From NCBI GenBank assembly GCA_043753995.1, contig JAYUVP010000254.1, positions 1 to 20,984 of the forward strand: a stretch of 20,984 nucleotides of DNA, given 5' to 3'. Numbering within the stretch: the first letter of the stretch is position 1; each line of letters begins with the position of its first letter. Positions 17,078 through 20,984 of this stretch are shown here, piece by piece. The stretch is from Fibrobacterota bacterium (GTDB lineage Bacteria > Fibrobacterota > Fibrobacteria > UBA11236). A model generated the notes under the pieces. That model was given only the letters and a program-made list of their open reading frames with translations. It had not been told where the DNA came from and did not search any database. A program made the position numbers and the translations under genes.

Positions 17078-18183
17078 CAGGACCTTTGCGAAGACTTAAC
17101 CGAGGGTTGGACGGTTTCGTGAATTTGAAAAGCGTCGACTATCACGGCGCGTAAAATGTCGCGCAAATGACGTTTGGGATGCCAATGCAGGACTTGACGA
17201 GCCCGCTCGATATTCGGCATGCGCCGATCGGAGTCGGCATATCCCTCGCCATAAAACTCCAAGGCCGGAACGTCGAGCAAAGGCAAGTCCGCATAGGTGG
17301 CGTCACCTGTCACTTCCATAGCGATATCGCGCATCATTTCTGCCAATTGCTTTATCGAAACTTCATTTTCGGGATTACCCAAATTGAAAACCTTGTTCTT
17401 GGCCTGAGCGGGATTCTTCACCATAGTCAGTAAGGCTTGAACCGCTTCTTCGACGGCCAGAAAGGTGCGCTGGGCATGGCCACCATCGACCAAGGTCAAT
17501 GGCTTTTTGTCGAGCAAGGCTGCCGTAAAGCAAGCCAGCACGCGCGGCAAGCCTTCGCCATCTCGTCCTGGCAAAAAATCCATACGCGTGCCCAGGAAAT
17601 TGAATGGGCGAATCAGGGTATAGGGCAAGCCCTGCTCGCGATGCAGGGCCACGACATAGCGCTCAAGTAATTGCTTGGCACAGGCATAACTCCAGCGCTG
17701 GGCGCTCACCGGACCTAGGAGCATGGGCGATTTTTCCTCGTCCAGAATCACATGATCACCGGGTGGCTCCATGGCGGACTCAGAGCGGGCATCACGCGTC
17801 CAATGCGCCAAAGTTTGGCCATAAACTTCACTGGTTGAGAATTGAATGAGCCAGCGCCCCAGCCGCGCGCACATATCCGCGACGAGGCGCGGCTGAATGA
17901 AATTGCTTTCGATGACATCGATGCCGCGAGTATTGTATTGCGAAGGATTGCAAATCGCCGCCAAGGCGATAACCACATCGCAATCGGTCAAGCGACCGGC
18001 TAAATCGGGGAAGCGATACAAGTCGCCAGCATGAAAAATAAAGCGAGGGTGGCCCAAGTGATGGGCGATTTTATCCGAGGACCAATCCCAACCCTCGATT
18101 TGCAAATCAGGATCAGATAAAGCGGCATCGAGAAAATGGCTGCCGATAAAACCGCCGCAGCCAAGCAAGGCAATCTTGGTCAT
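17077..18183 (-). CDS. UDP-apiose/UDP-xylose synthase (UAXS/AXS)-like SDR, a UDP-glucuronate decarboxylase-family enzyme
   Basis: GCGGFIG NAD motif and YxxxK (Y166, K170). Blocks AAICNP..YNT, QRWSYACAKQL.ER, RMDFLPG.DG.EGLPRVLACF, LVDGG..QRTF, GNP.NEV...QLAEMM and EFYGEGY.DSD.R.P match plant AXS1 as recalled, more closely than ArnA. Confidence 0.85.
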   Translation of the reverse strand: MTKIALLGCGGFIGSHFLDAALSDPDLQIEGWDWSSDKIAHHLGHPRFIFHAGDLYRFPDLAGRLTDCDVVIALAAICNPSQYNTRGIDVIESNFIQPRLVADMCARLGRWLIQFSTSEVYGQTLAHWTRDARSESAMEPPGDHVILDEEKSPMLLGPVSAQRWSYACAKQLLERYVVALHREQGLPYTLIRPFNFLGTRMDFLPGRDGEGLPRVLACFTAALLDKKPLTLVDGGHAQRTFLAVEEAVQALLTMVKNPAQAKNKVFNLGNPENEVSIKQLAEMMRDIAMEVTGDATYADLPLLDVPALEFYGEGYADSDRRMPNIERARQVLHWHPKRHLRDILRAVIVDAFQIHETVQPSVKSSQRS

Positions 18184-18185
18184 GT

Positions 18186-19385
18186 CTAGAAGAAGGTGCC
18201 TTTGATGCCGATGGTCCCGACATAATTCTGCGGATAGACAAGTCGACCGCGCGCGACAATGTCATTGAGCTTATAGGGAATACCGAAGGCCAAGAAAATT
18301 GGGAAATTCGGATTGGTGATTTCGAGGCCGCCGCTGAACTTCAGGGTGTAGTCATTGGTGCGCACACGAGTACTGACGCGATTGTCGAGCCCAGGTCCAT
18401 ATTCCCAGTAATAGGTCGGCGACAGGGGAACGGTTAAGGTCAGGCCAAGACTTTGAGTCGAGGATTCTTCCTTATGACCCACATGGCCATAGATGCTGAC
18501 AGCATCAGCGCCGGTGGCACCCGTTCCAGGAGCGCCATAGCTTTCGGTCCAGGTTTTAGGATCGCCATAATAGGGCTGATGCTCCAATTCCCAAAACTTC
18601 CAGGTCATCGCTGAGGGTTGGGCATTTTGGCAGCTCAAGACTTTTTCATTGACGGAGCCATTAAAATCACGGCAACCGTGGTTGTCCCAAGCCCATGCCG
18701 AGGAATAGCTGCCGCCGAGAATAATCAAGCCCCAGTCGCGCGTGCGGGTGTATTCATAACTGGCGCCCAGAGAATAAAGCCCAGAACCTGGCTGCACAAA
18801 GGGATTCACCCAACGCACATCGTCTGGCTCAATATTCTGGCCTTTGAAATGCAAGCGCTTGATATCATGCTGCCCCGTGGGAAGGGAAAGGTTGATGCCA
18901 AGGGAGTGCTCATTCTCATTGCCGAAAAGACGGTTCAATTGCAAGCCCAAATCGCCCATGCCGCCGATAACACGCGTTTGCCGAGAGGTCAAATCCTCGG
19001 CCACCTTATAACCTTCGTATTCATAGGTATTGGCTTTCGAAGCCAAAGACAAGCCCACGGTATAGTTCGGAATGCTCGGATAGTGAAAGGTCGTCGTCAT
19101 ATTCAGCGACGAATAGTGATAATCGCCACCCACCGTGGTATTGCCTAAGATTTCGAGATCGACGAGACCACCGCTCACCCCTCGACCTATCCATTTACCG
19201 GCTCCGGCCGCCGCCCCGCCGCCACCGCCACCGCATCCGCCGATATTGCTCCACACCGCGTCATGCTGCTCTGGCCGACCCATGCGGCCCGCATATTCTC
19301 CGCCAAGCAAGGCGCAAAAAGCCAAGACTGCGAAGGCCGGAATACCGTGCTTGCGCCATTGAAAAAGCCGGGAAATGCGCTTCAT
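18186..19385 (-). CDS. Putative outer-membrane beta-barrel protein (MetA-pathway/'transporter'-like)
   Basis: N-terminal hydrophobic segment, Cys-Gly-rich linker (GGCGGGGGG), GGMGDLGLQL, LGINLSLPTG and QPGSG motifs, alternating amphipathic strands, and C-terminal Phe (GTIGIKGTFF). ATG 19385 has GGAG 8 nt upstream. Confidence 0.6.
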   Translation of the reverse strand: MKRISRLFQWRKHGIPAFAVLAFCALLGGEYAGRMGRPEQHDAVWSNIGGCGGGGGGAAAGAGKWIGRGVSGGLVDLEILGNTTVGGDYHYSSLNMTTTFHYPSIPNYTVGLSLASKANTYEYEGYKVAEDLTSRQTRVIGGMGDLGLQLNRLFGNENEHSLGINLSLPTGQHDIKRLHFKGQNIEPDDVRWVNPFVQPGSGLYSLGASYEYTRTRDWGLIILGGSYSSAWAWDNHGCRDFNGSVNEKVLSCQNAQPSAMTWKFWELEHQPYYGDPKTWTESYGAPGTGATGADAVSIYGHVGHKEESSTQSLGLTLTVPLSPTYYWEYGPGLDNRVSTRVRTNDYTLKFSGGLEITNPNFPIFLAFGIPYKLNDIVARGRLVYPQNYVGTIGIKGTFF

Positions 19386-19407
19386 ACTTTCCACTCCGAG
19401 GAAAAAT

Positions 19408-20694
19408 TCACGGTGCTACCCACAAGTGCGAGAAGGACTCTCCAGTTAGGCCATGCGAGGCGATTTTCATATACCCCTCGGCCTGATTCAGCTTGCCCTC
19501 TTCCGCATTGGCAAGATCACCGATTTTGACGATATAAAGGTCACCTAGATCGCTGGCGCTTCCCATATCATGCGAAGCCACCGCAGTGGCAAAATTAGGA
19601 TGAGTCGACCATTCCGGTTTATCCCATCGGTAATAAAATTTTTCGTCCGGGCGCTTTGCCTGCCAAACGATTTTACCGTCCTTGTTGTAGATCCACAGGT
19701 TTTCATGAAGGCCTTCGAGCAAATCTTGGCCATCTATGGAATGATAGGCGGGTTCACCGCCAAAGGCCAAGGTCATCATATAATCGTTGTGCTTGCTGCC
19801 AATGGGGTAAGGGTTCATGGAAGAGTTGCATTGCTGGACGGAATCCCCTATCACTACGGTGGAGTCCCGTTCTAAATCAAAAATCGCCGCGGTGGAATAA
19901 GAGGTTCCCGCCCATTTGCCATCCTTTGACAAGCCACCGCGGTAAGCACCTTTGATACCGGAGGTTTCAATGGGGCCGACCGCGGTATCGTCTAACCACT
20001 CGGCGCGATAGGTGCTTCCCGATAGCTGCCGACAATCGCGATTGTAAAAGACTAGTCCTGAAACGGTTGAAAAATAAATCCAGGTTTTTCCACCTTCGAC
20101 ATGCCAATGCGGATCGCTGGTGACATGAACTCGCCGGTTGGGATTGGCGTCGACTCGCCACCGATAGGCCGATTCACTACCTGATTTGATCTTCATCACA
20201 AAAGAGGGCTTCCCGTCGGTATTGCCGGCAAAGACGATCTTGTCTCCATCGGGAGAAAACAAGGGGCTATTGATTGAACCCTGCTTGCGGTTCGCCCCCT
20301 CGTCATCTTGGGAAATCAGTTTCAGTGTAGGCTCTCCGGCGACATAGGTCACCAGGTACATGGCCTTATTCAAAGTGAAAACCAGTTTGAAATCCTTGCC
20401 CCCCATGAATGCCATTACCGAATCACCTCGTGCCCATTGACGAATGCCGGGTATAGAGTCGATGTGTTTAGTGAGAATGGTATCGCGGATTTTATGCGAG
20501 GTGATGGAAAACCGGGGGAGTAAAAGCTTAGCGGGATCTTGGCATGGAATTTTTTCCACCGTACCGAGGCCGCTTCCCGTCTCTTCACAGCCCGAGAAAG
20601 CCCAAAACACCGTACCGAATAGTGCGATTTTTAAAAAGGTTTTGAACAAGTGTACCTCAAGGGTCATGCTGCTTTTGCCATCCAGGAAAACCAA
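19408..20694 (-). CDS. Lipoprotein with a TolB-like / TIGR02171-like beta-propeller region
   Basis: Lipobox FSG-C. SPLFSPDGDKIVF, GAYRGGLSKDG, QQCNSS and WDKPEWSTHPNFATAV motifs. True start may be TTG 20649 (GAGGT upstream) or ATG 20667. Confidence 0.75.
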   Translation of the reverse strand: MVFLDGKSSMTLEVHLFKTFLKIALFGTVFWAFSGCEETGSGLGTVEKIPCQDPAKLLLPRFSITSHKIRDTILTKHIDSIPGIRQWARGDSVMAFMGGKDFKLVFTLNKAMYLVTYVAGEPTLKLISQDDEGANRKQGSINSPLFSPDGDKIVFAGNTDGKPSFVMKIKSGSESAYRWRVDANPNRRVHVTSDPHWHVEGGKTWIYFSTVSGLVFYNRDCRQLSGSTYRAEWLDDTAVGPIETSGIKGAYRGGLSKDGKWAGTSYSTAAIFDLERDSTVVIGDSVQQCNSSMNPYPIGSKHNDYMMTLAFGGEPAYHSIDGQDLLEGLHENLWIYNKDGKIVWQAKRPDEKFYYRWDKPEWSTHPNFATAVASHDMGSASDLGDLYIVKIGDLANAEEGKLNQAEGYMKIASHGLTGESFSHLWVAP

Positions 20695-20759
20695 ATTTTC
20701 GAGCCCCGCTTTCGCTTATCTCGCGGTAGCTTGACCGAGTCAAGAGGAGCGGAGGAAGC

Positions 20760-20984
20760 ATGAAGTTCGGACATAACCTGGGATTAGGTTTATTACTCCA
20801 AGTTAGCTTGAGCCACGCTTTGTTGCTGGGCGGAGTTGAAGTTCCTAAAGAAAAAATGATGGTCTATTTGCTGATCGGTCATTCGAATTTGGCCGGCATA
20901 GACACCCGCAATGCCGATGGCGTCGCGGCAGCCAAGACTTGGTCCTATACCTGGTTCAAGGACAAAAAATGGATAGCCGCCAAG
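20760..20984 (+). CDS. Second CE6/SASA-family SGNH esterase, 3'-truncated; not in the supplied ORF track
   Basis: GGAGG RBS, then MKFGHNLGLGLLLQVSLSHALLLGGVEVPKEKMMVYLLIGHSNLAGIDTRNADG...WIAAK, open to the window edge. Signal peptide plus block-I motif YLLIGHSN. Confidence 0.8.
   Translation, partial: MKFGHNLGLGLLLQVSLSHALLLGGVEVPKEKMMVYLLIGHSNLAGIDTRNADGVAAAKTWSYTWFKDKKWIAAK

Noticed and set aside
17077..18183. arnA / lipid A L-Ara4N pathway call (together with the ArnT-like gene)
   Set aside because: No formyltransferase domain and no arnB/C/D/E/F genes. The motifs fit AXS better than ArnA.
19205..19241. GCC/CCG-rich tract as a phase-variable simple repeat
   Set aside because: An imperfect trinucleotide run encoding Gly/Ala with mixed codons, so it would not cause frameshifting.
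1..20984. CRISPR array, tRNA/rRNA, transposase, integrase or reverse transcriptase
   Set aside because: No regularly spaced repeats, cloverleafs or catalytic motifs of these classes were seen by eye.

Overview
Bacterial chromosomal window, most likely from a Fibrobacterota genome. This is inferred from a fibro-slime-type C-terminal domain, two TIGR02171-like beta-propeller proteins, and a CE6 esterase with a Fibrobacter-style C-terminal tail. All family calls are from motif recall; no database searches were run. Left arm: secreted or lipoprotein surface genes, a GT-C glycosyltransferase plus FAD-oxidoreductase pair, and a PhyH-type dioxygenase. Middle: the housekeeping run tilS-ftsH-folP. The 475-bp gap after tilS holds a decayed HigA antitoxin fragment and a ~165-bp imperfect palindrome. 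Right arm, the most interesting part: a tightly packed four-gene minus-strand operon (propeller lipoprotein, putative outer-membrane beta-barrel, a plant-type UDP-apiose/UDP-xylose synthase homolog, and an AlgX/AlgJ-type O-acetyltransferase lipoprotein). It is flanked on both sides by CE6/SASA SGNH esterase genes and is a candidate locus for making an apiose- or xylose-containing, O-acetylated surface glycan. Smaller observations: an intrinsic terminator inside a signal-peptide coding region, a 61-aa small ORF with a strong RBS, and a 111-aa tandem repeat. No rRNA, tRNA, CRISPR array or intact mobile element was seen.
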